Assembly: GCF_964188315.1 (NCBI RefSeq)
Contig: NC_135664.1
Coordinates: 77,624,001-77,688,000 of the forward strand
Direction: 5' to 3'
Origin: Podarcis muralis
Lineage: Eukaryota
DNA: 64,000 bases
In this document: positions 1 through 12,000 of the stretch, in pieces
Numbering within the stretch: the first letter of the stretch is position 1
How the letters are laid out: each line of letters begins with the position of its first letter
The notes under the pieces: model-generated
What the model was told of the DNA's origin: nothing
What the model saw: only the letters and a program-made list of their open reading frames with translations
Database searches by the model: none
Position numbers and translations under genes: made by a program

Positions 1-279
1 CGCCAAGCCTGCCTCAAAAACCATTCAGCTTCCTGATCGTCCTGCTCCCCGCAAGACGGCAAGGCAGCGCCAGGCAAGCGGCACAGGAAGACTGACACCA
101 GCTCAGCCCCCAGCTGCTCTTGAGGCAGGTCTGCCCCCTCCAGCAGAGGAATGAGGGGCCCCCAGAGCAGCACCACTCCTGGGGCTGCAGGTCGACCAGG
201 AAGCACAAGAGAAAACAAGGTCCTGACAAGTTTAGGCTCCACAGACTGAAAGCAGCTTGGGGGGGGGGGTGCAGCAGAG

Positions 280-470
280 GGACTCCATAGGTAACCTAAG
301 CCCAGTGGCAGAGCAGAAGGTCCTGGTTCAATCCCTGACAGCAGCTCCAAGCAGGCTGGGAAAGAAAGAAAACCACGAGCCTGGAAGCCTGGAGAGCCAC
401 TGCTGCCAGTCAGTGCAGCAAATACTGAGCTGGATGGACCAGTGGTTTCGTATAAGGCTGCCTCCTAAGC
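280..470 (+). mobile_element. tRNA-derived SINE (degenerate); related copies at about 22930-23085 and 46893-47160
   Basis: Degenerate A/B boxes (cccagtggcagagc, ggttcaatccc) and shared core cctggagagc..tgctgccagtcagtg..a.tactga. Confidence 0.55.
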
Positions 471-879
471 TCAGCCCAAGACAGAGGCCTCCAGGAGGAA
501 GGAGCTGCCCACTGCTCATTGCTGGCTTTCTGCAGCAAATCACTGAGGAGGAGCTGGTGGTGGGGATGATGCAGGAGCAGTGTTGAAAATTCCCCAACTG
601 CGACCACAGGGAGATTGTGTTGCGACCACAAGGAGCAACCAGGTTGCTGATGCAGATGAGCCAGGATCAGGGCCAGAGGCAGCCAGGACTTCCGAGTTGT
701 CATCTACTTCATGACCCAATCCTGTTCTGTCTACACTTTTGTGTGTGTGTGTTACTCAGATGGCAAACCAACCATCAGAGCAAGAGTACAGCTATCACAA
801 AATAACACTGGACATAGTAGCCGCCTGCAATGTGAGCGGCTGCTTCTTTACACACTAGCAGAGGGCCTAGCATGAAAAG

Positions 880-1155
880 CAACCATTACACCAGTGGCTG
901 CAAAAATAGAAGGATCAAGATCAGAATTGCTGTGTTTGGATTATATATGAGATTATGCGCAGGATTTAGGAATAATTATCTCTGAACGATCAGAACATGG
1001 GAAGTCACCCAATTTGTTTAATTTGGGATGTATAATTGGCTTTATAAATTATACTATGATTTGGCATGATTTGATATTGTAATAATGTGGCCCATATGTG
1101 AGTGTTATTAATGAAAAAATAATAAAAATTATATTTAAAAAGAAAAAAAGAAAAG
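880..1155 (+). mobile_element. L1-like LINE 3' end
   Basis: AT-rich UTR with gggaagtca motif, aataaa and A-rich tail. Confidence 0.5.
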
Positions 1156-1384
1156 CAACCTTAACCCAGACAAGAGCATTCCAAAGAAGAGGCTCTGCCA
1201 GCTGTAAGCCTCAGGACTCAGAGGGAGACAGGCCACCTTCCCAATCCAAGATCACCTGCCCCCCCATCTCCAGCTAACCCCCCTAATTCCCCCCCTAATC
1301 TGGATTGGATTCCTGTTTCTCACCCATGCCCCACCTCCCACAGCTCCCAGATCATTCAGGGTTTCCACTACACCTCAGGAACAT

Positions 1385-1800
1385 ACAATACGATACGGTA
1401 TCTTTATTGTCATTGCCCCATACAGAACAATGAAATTGAAAAATCTACATAAGACATTCAAAAACCCCTAAAAACTCTGAAACCCCATTTTATAATACAG
1501 TACAATATGCTATAGAGACTCCTTATACTGTGTTTAGAACCAGAATTGCATTTGGGTAGAAACTGTTTCTCAGGCAGCTAGTCCTGGTCTTTATAACCCT
1601 ATACCTTCTTCCCGAAGGTAGAAGCTGAAAGAGATCGTTTCCGGGGTGCGCACTATCCTGCGCTATCTCTGCAGCTTTCTTATGGCACCTGACACCAATC
1701 AGCAAGTGCAGAACGAGGTGGAAATGTGCAGCATCCCATAAGCAAATGACCATCACCACCTTCTGGGATCTGCCCTCCAAGAACAGCTGAAGCCCCTCAA
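1385..1800 (-). mobile_element. Rex1/Babar LINE 3' fragment
   Basis: RCHKKAAEIAQDSAHPGNDLFQLLPSGRRYRVIKTRTSCLRNSFYPNAI is the Rex1 RT C-terminus; short-repeat tail. Confidence 0.8.
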
Positions 1801-2097
1801 CACAGCGCCTCCTGGACCCATCCTTGCAAGACATCCCAGCAAGGTATCTATGGTGAACAAGGCCATATACAAGCCAGACTAGCAGGAGCATCAGAGGAGC
1901 TGACTTGCACCTCTGAAGAGATGGAGCCAGAGGACTCTTGATGCCCAGGGAAAGGGGGCACAGAGGTCCAGGGTCAGGGAGGCTAACCTGGCCTCTCTTT
2001 ACCAAAGGGCCAACTGCACGAGCACTGAGAAGCAGCATAGTCCACTGGGAAAGTATTCCTGATAATACAACCCAAAATAACACTGGCCTTGTGTATT

Positions 2098-2200
2098 ATC
2101 ATAGAATAGTAGAGTTGGAAGGGAGCCTAAGGGTCATCTAGTCCAACCCCTGCAATGCAAGAATCTCAGCTAAAGCATCCATGACAGAAGGCCATCCATA
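2098..2200 (-). mobile_element. CR1 3' tail
   Basis: (ctatgatt)-type tail and ggttggactagatgacc motif; similar tails at about 14505-14582, 52960-53050 and 54715-54870. Confidence 0.75.
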
Positions 2201-3292
2201 GAATCGTAGAGTCAGCAGGACACACAAGAATTGGCAGAAATCAGGACACTAGGAGGAGGGAAGCCCAGGCCATCTCCTGACTGTGTGGCGCAGGAAGAAT
2301 TGCCCATAAAGGCTGCTTGTGATTCAGGCCATGGAGGCTGCAGCAGGCAGAGAGCACCAGCCTCAGCCCATCATACTTCACTGGCCTGTGGTCCACCGGC
2401 TTATGAAAGCCATTTTGGAATGTTTAAGTGCTTCCGCCAAGGGTCTGCTGGCAACCCCACACGGGATCCACATCATCCCGGAACTTGGGAAATGTCGCAC
2501 TTCATGGGAACCACTGATCAGCACCAGATCTCAGACTAACTCTCTGCGGAGCCCTCCAGACCCGTCTCTGCCTGCTGCAAGCCGATCCTTCTGCTCCGCT
2601 TTTCCAGAACACCCAGGCCAGGCACCTGGCCAGACGGCCACTCCCCTGCCCTTCCCCATGGACACACCCTGGGCTTATGAGCCATGGCCAGTCCCTCCGC
2701 TCTGAATGGCCAGCAAGCTCTTGCTGCGGAATGGGCAACTGGCTGCACATCTGGCGACCAAGCGGGTTCCAGAGAGCTGAGGCTCCCAGGCAGTCAGGCT
2801 ACCGTGGTCTCTAGCCCTGTAAGGAACACACAGGCAGGACATTTTTCTCCAAATGCTCATATTGAACACATTTGACTAAGAAACTCCCACACAGTGCAGG
2901 CCAAACCTCAACCACAAGGCAGCTCTTCCAAAGAGAGACGTGGCTGCTTTGGCACAGCTCCATTCAATGCACAAAAGCCCGCTCTGAGTCAGAGCAACAC
3001 TGAGGCCTCCCCCCACCCCACCCCTTGGAAGTCTCCTGCCCCCGGGGGAAGCTTCCCTGTGCCCCTTTGCCTGGTGCAGAACAGCCACACATCCAGGCAT
3101 CTGCACAAGAGGTGGCCTGGTGCCCAGTGCTCCGGCCCCTGGGGCAAGTGGGGGGCTGCCAATTCATTGGGGCGGGGAGCAAGCTCTGTCTGCCAGGGCC
3201 CCATCAAGAAGTTGCTTGATTAGCCAACAAGGAGGGGGGGGGGAACCTTGAAGTGTGCATCCTCTATCAACACCTTCAGCCTCGATCTAGTT

Positions 3293-3498
3293 CAGGGGTC
3301 AGCAAGATCCCTCCATGGGCAGGATCATAAGTGCATGCACTGCGACTTCCAGCACCACAGAAGCGAGTCCCCACACCACACTGTGCCAGTTTAGCGCAGT
3401 GCGTGAGCAGGCAACTCAGTTCGGGGGCAGCTTGTGGGCCGGTCAAACAACCTCTGCAGGCCGCTTCCGGCCCATGGGCCTTAGGTTGCTGACCCCTG
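3293..3498. mobile_element. hAT-type MITE, 206 bp
   Basis: TIRs CAGGGGTCAGCAA/TTGCTGACCCCTG; perfect 8-bp TSD atctagtt. Confidence 0.9.
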
Positions 3499-4324
3499 AT
3501 CTAGTTGCTATCAGAAACAGTTGCCATCTCAAAGGCTGCCCTGCCCCACGAAATAAAGCCCTCCTACGTACCAGGCTGTGGATTACAAGCATAATGTGAT
3601 GTGATGCGAAGTGTACTTGGAAAAAGCTGCAGGAGTCGAAACTGCCAGAGCTGGCAAGCTCCTGGATGCTACAGTAAAGGGCAGGGTGGGCAAGGAGGAA
3701 GAACCCAAGGGACAGGAGGCAGGTGGATTCCAGGAGCTACTCTTGTTCTTTTCCCTCAGACCAGGAAAGTGGGGGAGTTTGGAGAAATGCCGCGGGAACA
3801 TTATGGGCAGAGAACAGAACATGCTGCAGAAAGCAATGTGGTGGAAGAGGGGAGCAGAATTCAGGAATGAAGGGGTGGCTATGGGCAGGAATAATGCCAG
3901 CAAGCCCACCACCCCGCGAGGGAGACAGCCTGGGCGGAAGACTTGGCCTGGCGCTCCATAGGCTGGTTTCCCCAAAGCCTCTGGCTAAGGCAGCCTTTCC
4001 TGAATTATTCCACAGGTGAGGAGCCAAAGGGCTGCTAATTCCTTGAGGGAGGCTCACACCACCAAACACAGGCAAAGGGCATGAGGCCTCTACAGCAAAA
4101 GGCTCACTGATGTCAGACCTTCATAAAATGCCAACTACAAGAGTCATTTACATATTTTAAAAGGGTGGCATCAGGGCAGTTATGAATAAACAAGTACAGT
4201 TTTGTAAAAAAAAACAAAAACCCTAATAATTTTATTTAAATTATATACTTCCAATGATATTAAGCGTCTCTAAAAATAACTAGTTTTAAAATTAAATCTG
4301 AACACGAGCATGTACGGTAAATGT

Positions 4325-6080
4325 CTACAATCACAGAACTGTAGAGTTGGATGGGATCCCAAGGGTCATCTAGCCCAACCCCTTGCTGTGCAGGAATCTC
4401 AGCTAAAGCACCCATGACAGGTGGCCACCCAACTTCTGCTTAAAAACCTTCAAGGAAGAGGAGTCCCCCACCTCCCAAGGGAGACCATTCCACTGCCAAA
4501 CAGCTCCTACTGTCCCAGTTCTTTCTGGAGTTCACTTGAAATTGGCTTTCTTGTAACTTGAATCCATTGGTTTTGGTCCTCCCCTCCAGAACATTCAAAA
4601 ACAAGCTTGTTCCACCTTCCATATTTAGATATTTGAAAATGGCTATCGTATCTCCTCTCACGTCTCCCCTTTTCCAGGCTAAACATACCCAACTCCATCA
4701 ACTGTTCCTCCGAAGGCGGCTTCCAGACCCTCCACTGCACATTCCAGATTGTCAATATGCTTCTCAAATTGTGGTGCCCAGAACTGGACACAGTAGTACT
4801 CCAGGTGTGGTGTGACTAAGGCAGAATAGAGTGCTACTATTACTTCCCTTGATCTGGACACTAGACTTCTGTTGATGCAGCCTAGAATTGTTTTAGCTTT
4901 TTTTCGCTGCTGCATCACCCTGTTGACTCGTGTTAAGCTGGTGGTCCACTAAGATCCCTAGGTCCTTTTCACACATACTACTGGCAAGCCACGTGTCCCC
5001 CATGTTATATTTGTGCAGTTGGTTCTTCCTGTCTAAGTACAGCAGCCTACTGAAATTCAAGTTTTCCAATCTGTTACGGTCCTCGTGAATCCTGATTCTG
5101 TCTTCTGCCCCTCCCAGTTTGGTGTCATCTGCAAATATGAGCATCACCTCAATTCCTTCATCCAAAACCTTTACAATCACTGGGATAGAAAAGTTAGGAG
5201 GCAAATGGCTTCTGGGACCTGGTTTATGGGCACCAAAACAGAATCTGTGGGGGTCAGCAACACTTTTTATTTATTATTTTGATAAGCATGAATTAATATG
5301 CAATTCACATAAGTGACACATTGTTAATATCACATTTATAGCAGAAATTGTTAATACATGCTTAACGGTGTTGAAAAATATTGACACCATACTTCCCGTT
5401 TTCTAAACACTCTACTATTTATTTTAAAACTCCATAACATATAGTCTATCCTGAACATATACTTCGAGCCTTCAAAGCACATACATTTCAGTAATCCTTG
5501 AGTGTCAACCAGGTGCAAAAAATGGCGCCCGGACTTTTGGAGGTGCTCGCAAATGGAGAACCTTTAGATGCAAAATGCACCTGGAGCCCTGGTAATTTCG
5601 AACCCTGCTTAGCACAACAGGTCCAGGAAAGAAACCTTTGGCACCCAACTTTTTCCAGGATGATGAGGAATCATTAGTGACCACCCTTTGGCTTTGGGCA
5701 GGCAACCAGCTACAAACAGTTACTTCGTCCAGCCCAGATTTTACCAGCTTCGCCACAAGAATATCATGGGGGACTTTGTCAAAAGCCTTACTGAAATCGA
5801 GATACACTACACCCACAGCATTTCCCTGATCCACCAAGCTTGCAACTCCATCAAAAAATAATGAGACTGGTTTGGCATAACTGGTTTTTTGAGAACCCCA
5901 TGCTGAGGAATCACAGCATCCTTTTCTAGGTGCTCACAGACCATCTTTATAATAATCTGTTCCAGAAACTTTCCTAATATCATTGTCAAGCTCACCAGTC
6001 AGTAGTTACCTGGATCTTCTATTTTCCCCTTTTTGAAGATAAGGACAACATTTGCCTGCCTCCAGTCTAACATTTGCCTG
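4325..6080 (-). mobile_element. Degenerate CR1 LINE ORF2 (pieces 4325-5180 and about 5600-6080) interrupted by an AT-rich L1-like fragment
   Basis: [34 protein letters not shown] and [15 protein letters not shown] motifs. Confidence 0.85.
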
Positions 6081-6115
6081 CCTCCAGTTGCCAAGAATTC
6101 TCAAAGATTATAGAC

Positions 6116-6439
6116 CAGGGGTCAGCAACCTTTTTCAGCCGTGGGCCGGTCCACCATCCCTCAGACCATGTGGTGGGCCGGACTATATGGCGGGGGGGGG
6201 GGGGACGGACGAATTCCTATACCCCACAAATAACCCAGAAATGCATTTTAAATAAAAGCACACATTCTACTCATGTAAAAACACCAGGCAGGCCCCACAA
6301 ATAACCCAGAGGTGCATTTTAAATAAAAGGGCACATTCTACTCATGTAAAAACATGCTGATTCCCAGACTGTCCGCAGGCCAGATTGAGAAGGCAATTGG
6401 GCCACATCCGGCCCGCGGGCCTTAGGTTGCCTACCCCTG
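6116..6439. mobile_element. hAT-type MITE with internal ~70-bp tandem duplication
   Basis: TIRs cagggg(t)cagcaacc/ggttgcctacccctg; TSD ttatagac/ttacagac (7 of 8). Confidence 0.85.
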
Positions 6440-6834
6440 TTACAGACAGAGGCTCTAAGATTACATCCACAAGATCACATCTACTCTAGGGCTGGGCTAT
6501 ATCTGGTTTTCAATATCATGATATATTGCCAGCTAAACATTGTAATATCTCAATATATCATGATGTCTGAAATAAGGCTAGAGCTTATAATAATCTGGGG
6601 AAATATCAGGGGCGGATCTAAATTTGATGTGTATAATTAAATGAAAATTTACTCAGTGATAGCATGCTTAACTAAACCATTAAAGTTTTCTGGGGAATAT
6701 ATTGCTGTTCTGTTTAGGGCTTTATATACCCATAGCAACACCTTGAACGTGGCCCCGTAACTAATTGGGAACTGGTGTAGATCAGTGTTAGAAAGCCAGG
6801 TATACAATTTAGGTGCCACATGGCGCCTCAAAAC

Positions 6835-7130
6835 TGGGTTACTGGTGGCCATCCAACCTCTTCTTAAAAACCTCCAAGGAAGGAGAGTCCACCATCTACC
6901 AAGGGAATCCTTTCCACTGTCGAATAGCTCCTACTGTCAGAAAGTTCTTCCTGTTGTTTAGTCAGAATCTCCTTTTTTGTTACTTGAAGCCATTCACTTT
7001 GATCCTGCCACCTCCAGAGCAGGAGAAAATATGCTGCCTCCATCTTCCATGTGACGCCCCACCAGATACTGGAAGGTGGCTACCCTGTCTCCTCTCAGTC
7101 TCCTCTTTTCCATACCCAGCTCCCTCAGCC
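6835..7130 (-). mobile_element. CR1 fragment
   Basis: FLTVRAIRQW-type 3' CR1 sequence similar to 4440-4560. Confidence 0.6.
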
Positions 7131-8559
7131 ATTCCTCGTAAGGGAGGGATCGGCCATACTGTCAGGGTCAAGGAGCCCCATCATCAAGGTGCAGCCACTG
7201 AACAGTAGGCCCCCTTCCAGGTGGGACCCAGAGATGGGCTTCCTCCTGATCTCACAGAGAAGGCAGACCCCCAATTGTTCCCAAACCTCAGCCGCACAAT
7301 TCTATAAAAGTAACGGCCAATGTGTTGAATTGTGACTAAAAGCAGATCAGCAAACCCTTGAACTGTCCGTCTCTTACAAATGAATCCATTTCCATGGAAT
7401 CTGTTTATCTAAGTAAAAAAAAATGGAGGCAAAAAGAGGAAACTTTTTGAAGTCAAGCATCATAAACATGTCATGCCATGTGCAAACTGTGACTATTTGG
7501 ACACTGGCAGCCAAATAGCCCACACATCTACCACATCTCTCTCTTTCCTGCCAGTGAGTACCAGCTCTTATGTCTGGACAGCCTTCCAGTGAGTGATCTT
7601 GCACCAAGTCCTTGCGTGGGTATCAAGAGACAAACAGAAATCCTTGATTTCACAATTGCTCCCCTTTCTTAACACATATCTATAGAGCAAAACACATGTG
7701 GGCTGCATGAGTAATTTTTGTCCCATCTGCTGGATTGAGGCTGGAGTGGCTTATGTTATGGAGAATTTGAATGGGTTTTATTTATTTGGGTTCTTTTGTA
7801 TTACTGATTTCAAAATAAACAGCCAACTTTATACAAGTGACTCTGGATAAAACTCCTAGATGTTATAAAGGCGCCACAGAATTTGACTTGGAAGGGACCC
7901 CCAAGGATCACCTACAATCCCCTCCAAAGAATAATCACAGCTGAATAATGTACTTAATAACTACTATAAATAGTAGTCATAGCAACTGTTTAAGAAGCGT
8001 ATGAACTGCAATGTAAAAGACTGACTTAAATATTTCCTTGGAAGCTTCCAGAGGAAGCTGGGAGAAGACTGAAACATCAAGTTTTAGCTAGACGATAGCC
8101 TGCTGAGGAAATGTGCTGCAATGAATGGTCGCCCAAGGCCCTTCTCTCTGAAATTCCAGACTCTTTACCTGAAGCATCCCTGAAAGGTGTCGATTCAGTC
8201 TTTCCTTGAATACCTCCAAAAAGGAGCTGTCAAACATCATTGTGCCACAGAAAGACGGAAGAGGACAGAAACCCGTTTCCTTCCGTATGAAACAGGCGTG
8301 TGGGAGGAGACTGTTGCCCAAAATAACCCAACAAAAACCCCAGTTTCAGCAACAGAACCCTAAATGCGAAAAGTCCTCCTTTGCAGCTGCCACTCAGTGC
8401 ATTCTAGAGGCGGAAATAAGCCAAGAGACCCTGAAAGACGCAGCGAGAGGCCGCCAAGAGGCGGGGAGCCCGAGAGGGAAAAGCAGCAGGTTCACCTGCT
8501 CGACCTGCAGAGACCTGCCTTTCTCGGGCCAGGATCTACCTGATGACTCAGGTACCAGG

Positions 8560-9600
8560 AAGCAGAAGAAGAGATGCAGCGCCTAGCCGGGACCCCAAGC
8601 CCCCTTTGCCAGAAGGGCTCCACCATCCCTGCCCCGAGCATCTCCCCCTCGGCGCTCGGCCCCTTCCCATCCAAACATTCGCGCAGCGCAGCGGGAGCTG
8701 CTGGGGGGGGGGGGGGCTTCTCACGTGACCTGCATCCGGCGCAGCCTCCCACGTGGGCGCTGCACCTGCCAAGCTCGCATTCTCACGTGCACCTGCGTGC
8801 AGCTGCCGCCCCGGGGGGGCCCCGTCCGGCGGGCCGAGCACACCAACCCCCCGGCCCGAGGCGGCTGCTCCCGGGAGACGGGCAGCCGGCTTGCCTTCGT
8901 TGGCAGGAGAGGGCGGCGAGGAGGTGCCGGGCCTGCCGCTTCCGTCCCCCGGGTGCGCTGCGCAGGCCCTTCCGCCCCCGCCCGGCGGCCCCCGGGCAGC
9001 CTCTCCAGCTCCCGTCCCGGCGGGGGCTCCGACTGGGCCGAGGGAGCGCGGCGGCCTCCCCGGGAGCCTGGCGGGCCCGGTCTGCTCGGGGCTCCGCGGG
9101 GCCTCGGCTCCCCCCTCCTCCCGCCCCCCCCCCGCCCGACTCACCGCGCTTCCCGTGCGCGAAGGCCACCACCACGAAGTAGTCGGCCAGGCGGGCCATG
9201 GCCAGGCGCGCGAGGGCGGCGTGGGGGGGCGCGAGGGCGCCGGGGCTCATCCCCGCCCGGCCGCGCCGCCTCCCGCCGCTGCCGCCGCCGCCTCCTCAGA
9301 CGCCGCCGCCGCCATCTTGCCTGGGCGGCGGGATGCGACCCAGCCCGGGACGCCCCAGCCAATGCGCGGGGCCCGGCGGCCGGGGAGGCTGCCCATTGGC
9401 CCTCCGCGGGGCCAGAGCCCGCCCCTTCCTTCCTCCGGCCCTGAGGGGCGGGGCCTCGCCGCCCGCCCGCCCGCCCGCCCCGGGTCCCTCCGCCGCCGGC
9501 TCTCTGGAGACGCTGCCTCCGACGGAGAAGGCGGAGGGTCCGCGGGGTCTCTCTGCCCGCCCGCCTCCCTCCCGGAGCTTGCGCCCTCTCGGTCGAGCAG
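8560..9600 (-). promoter_or_regulatory. SBF1: SBF1 CpG-island promoter: YY1/TISU motif (9308-9319), two CCAAT boxes (9359-9363, 9395-9399), GC boxes
   Basis: Very high GC/CpG content; minus-strand CAAGATGGCGGC; CCAAT and ATTGG; ccgccc repeats. Confidence 0.85.
9145..9199 (-). CDS. SBF1: SBF1 (MTMR5, myotubularin-related pseudophosphatase) coding exon 1, 55 nt; remaining exons lie left of the window
   Basis: Translates MARLADYFVVVAFAHGKR+G, matching the SBF1/SBF2 N-terminus (MARLADYF.lVAF is SBF1-like). Followed by a GTGAGT donor (plus-strand actcac, 9139-9144). Divergent from ADM2, as recalled for human. Confidence 0.93.
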
Positions 9601-9946
9601 GGCCGGATTGAGGTTGGATGTGGCCCTCAGCTCCTGAAGGTAATGGGGCCCTTTCTATGTCCAGCTCTCCTTTGTCCACAACAAATAGTCGCTGTTTTAT
9701 GGGTTCAATATATGCTATATGGTCATTGATGGACCTCATAGGTATCTCAGGCCATTTGCACATTACAAAATATGTACCCATCACAGGAGCCTACAAAATA
9801 CTATTGCTGTATAGATGTTTTATTTTATTTTGTTTTTATCTTATATTTTGGAAATGTACGTCCAGTTTTTTCCATTTTTGGGGGGCCCCCAAGAGAGTGG
9901 GGCCCTAACCTAGAGCTTGATTAGCTTATACGTAAATCCAGCACTG
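9598..9946. mobile_element. hAT-type MITE (cagggccggatt family); second copy at 25664-~26482
   Basis: Imperfect TIRs cagggccggatt/aatccagcactg; clear similarity to the 25664 copy; no clean TSD. Confidence 0.7.
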
Positions 9947-10176
9947 GCTGTGCCCAAAGCAGATTACAACGAACAGCATTGGAAAATGCAAAATACAGAA
10001 CTTGCCAATAAATTAAAAAATGACAAAAGACTACAATTTGGCTATCAAAGAATTACGTATATAAACAACCTAGGCTTAAGTGCAGGAAAACTTTGCTTCA
10101 TGTACACAGCTGGGCACATTCCTAAGTCCTCCCCATGGCACTCTAAAATGGGCCTTTTCGCTAAGTTGTCAGGAAC

Positions 10177-10400
10177 ATGAGAAGAGCCTGGCTGCTGGAT
10201 CAGGCCCAACGGAGCCCATCTAGTCCAGCATCCCCTTCTCACAATGCCAACCAGACGCCCAATGGGGAACCCAGCAGCAGCAGCAGCAGCAGCAACTCTC
10301 CCCTCCTGTGGTTTCCAGCTCCTTGTGACCAGAAGCCCAGCTGCCTCTGACTGGGGAGGCAGAGTGTGGCCCTCGGGACCAGTAGCCATTTGAGAGCCAG
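10177..10400 (-). mobile_element. CR1 3' end (second subfamily); related copies at 27680-28010 (-) and 36480-36815 (+)
   Basis: aagagcctg..ctggatcaggcc..catctagtccagcatc motif; the plus copy encodes RKYFFT..WNS..GFKGG. Confidence 0.7.
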
Positions 10401-11714
10401 GATTAGGACAGATGTTTCAGACTTCCCAAGGACCCACCGATTTAGAGGCCCCCAACGGGGCTTGGCGGTTGGGCTTGACGTGACCTCCTCTTCAGCTGCA
10501 CAAGTTCTTTAGCCTCGCAGCCCCCCCCCCCAGCCCCCTGGCCTTTCTGCTGGTCTGTCTTCTGATGGGCGCCTGGATCCCCCAGGGCCCCCCTCCCCAG
10601 AAAGATAGCCTTTAGCCTTGTACATAATCGAATTAAATGAGATCAGAAGTGCCTGGGGAAGCCCAGTGTTGTCCTGGGCCAGGGGCATAAAGCTCAACTT
10701 ACCTTTTCCTTCCAAGTGTTGCCCTAGAACGCTTTGTCCTAAAATCCTCTCTGATTTGCAAAAGAGACTTAACCTTTGCATGCAGTAGGGCAAGAAGTCC
10801 AGGGTCAATACAAAGGACCACATGCAAAAGTGTTAGCAGAGGGTGAGGAATACTAAATGTGTGTTGACACTACGAGGCTTTCAGTGTGTCTCTTTTCCAT
10901 TGTGCAACATATGCAAGGTGGAAGGCTAAACCATGCGTCTCTACGGAACTTGGCCTTTGCTTCGACCTGAGGGTCTCCATTTTTGCCAGCCGCCTTCTGG
11001 AGCCTGGATCACTTTCAGATCCCTTCCTGGAGGGCGCCTTGCCAGATTTAGAAGAACAGAGGGCAGGCAAGATCGAGCTCCCAGCCTCTCCGCTTCTGCC
11101 AACACTGAGTCAGCCACTGTTCTTTGATGCCTCCCAGTGTTGTCGGCTGAAGGGTTAGGAGGCAGGTGAGCTGGCTGCAAATCCTTCTTGCGTTCTGCAC
11201 ACAATCCAACTGGAAGAGAACCAGCTGCCAGACAAAAGAAAGTCTTGAGAGATTGGTGACGCCTGCTCATTTCTACGAGATTCCCCTGGGAGACGGAGAG
11301 CCTTAGATTAGTCAGGGGGAGGGAAAGGCAGGTGCTGTGGGGGGCGGCTGCCGGTCTTGAGTCCTGGACGCATCTGTTTCGCAGCAAACCCCACTGCCTT
11401 CAGGATGCTGACTCCCAGGTGAGGCACCCTCAACTGTTGGACTCAGTGTCAGCCTAGGTTAGGAGAAGCTTACTAAAATGGGTCACTGCTTATATACTCA
11501 AACAAACAAACAAACAAACAAACCAACAAACCATAACAGCAGCAGGAAGTTTTGGCAGCACACCAACAGCAAAAAGATCATCATCAGCCTGGGGGGAAAT
11601 GTGAGTTTTTACCTGACACCAAAAAGATGTCAGTGTCGGTGCCAGGTGGCCCTCACTGAGGAGAGCATCAAACAGGCAGGAGGCGTGGCTGAGAAGGCCC
11701 TTTTCTTCTCCTTC

Positions 11715-12000
11715 AATAATAATAATAATAATTTGTTATTTATATCCCGCCCATCTGGCTAGGTTTCCCCAGCCACTCTGGGCGGCTTCCAACAAGATAT
11801 TAAAAACACAAGGAGTGGTGCCTCAGATGAAGATTTAGGCACCCAGATATGTATTTGGAGAGGCATTCCAGAAGGTATCGGGTCCTGAGCCATAAAGAGC
11901 ACTTTGGACTGGGCTTGGAAGGGTCCAGGCAGCCAGGGCAGCTGTAACCGAATGTGGGCACTAGCGGATCTGATCCAGTAAGGCAGTTCTAATGCAGCTT
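11715..12000 (-). mobile_element. L2 LINE 3' end
   Basis: (aat)n tail with ccagagtggctgggga..cca..gggcggg motif shared with 39230-39295. Confidence 0.7.

Noticed and set aside
14-229. Possible SBF1 exon 2
   Set aside because: No frame resembles the expected [23 protein letters not shown]-type sequence; exon 2 is probably left of the window.
8548-9637. Multiple long ORFs (150-294 aa) on both strands over the SBF1 promoter; similar sets at 16465-18356, 26370-27222 and 50200-51940
   Set aside because: These are stop-poor GC-rich CpG-island artefacts giving low-complexity Pro/Gly/Ala/Arg translations; only the spliced exons are supported.
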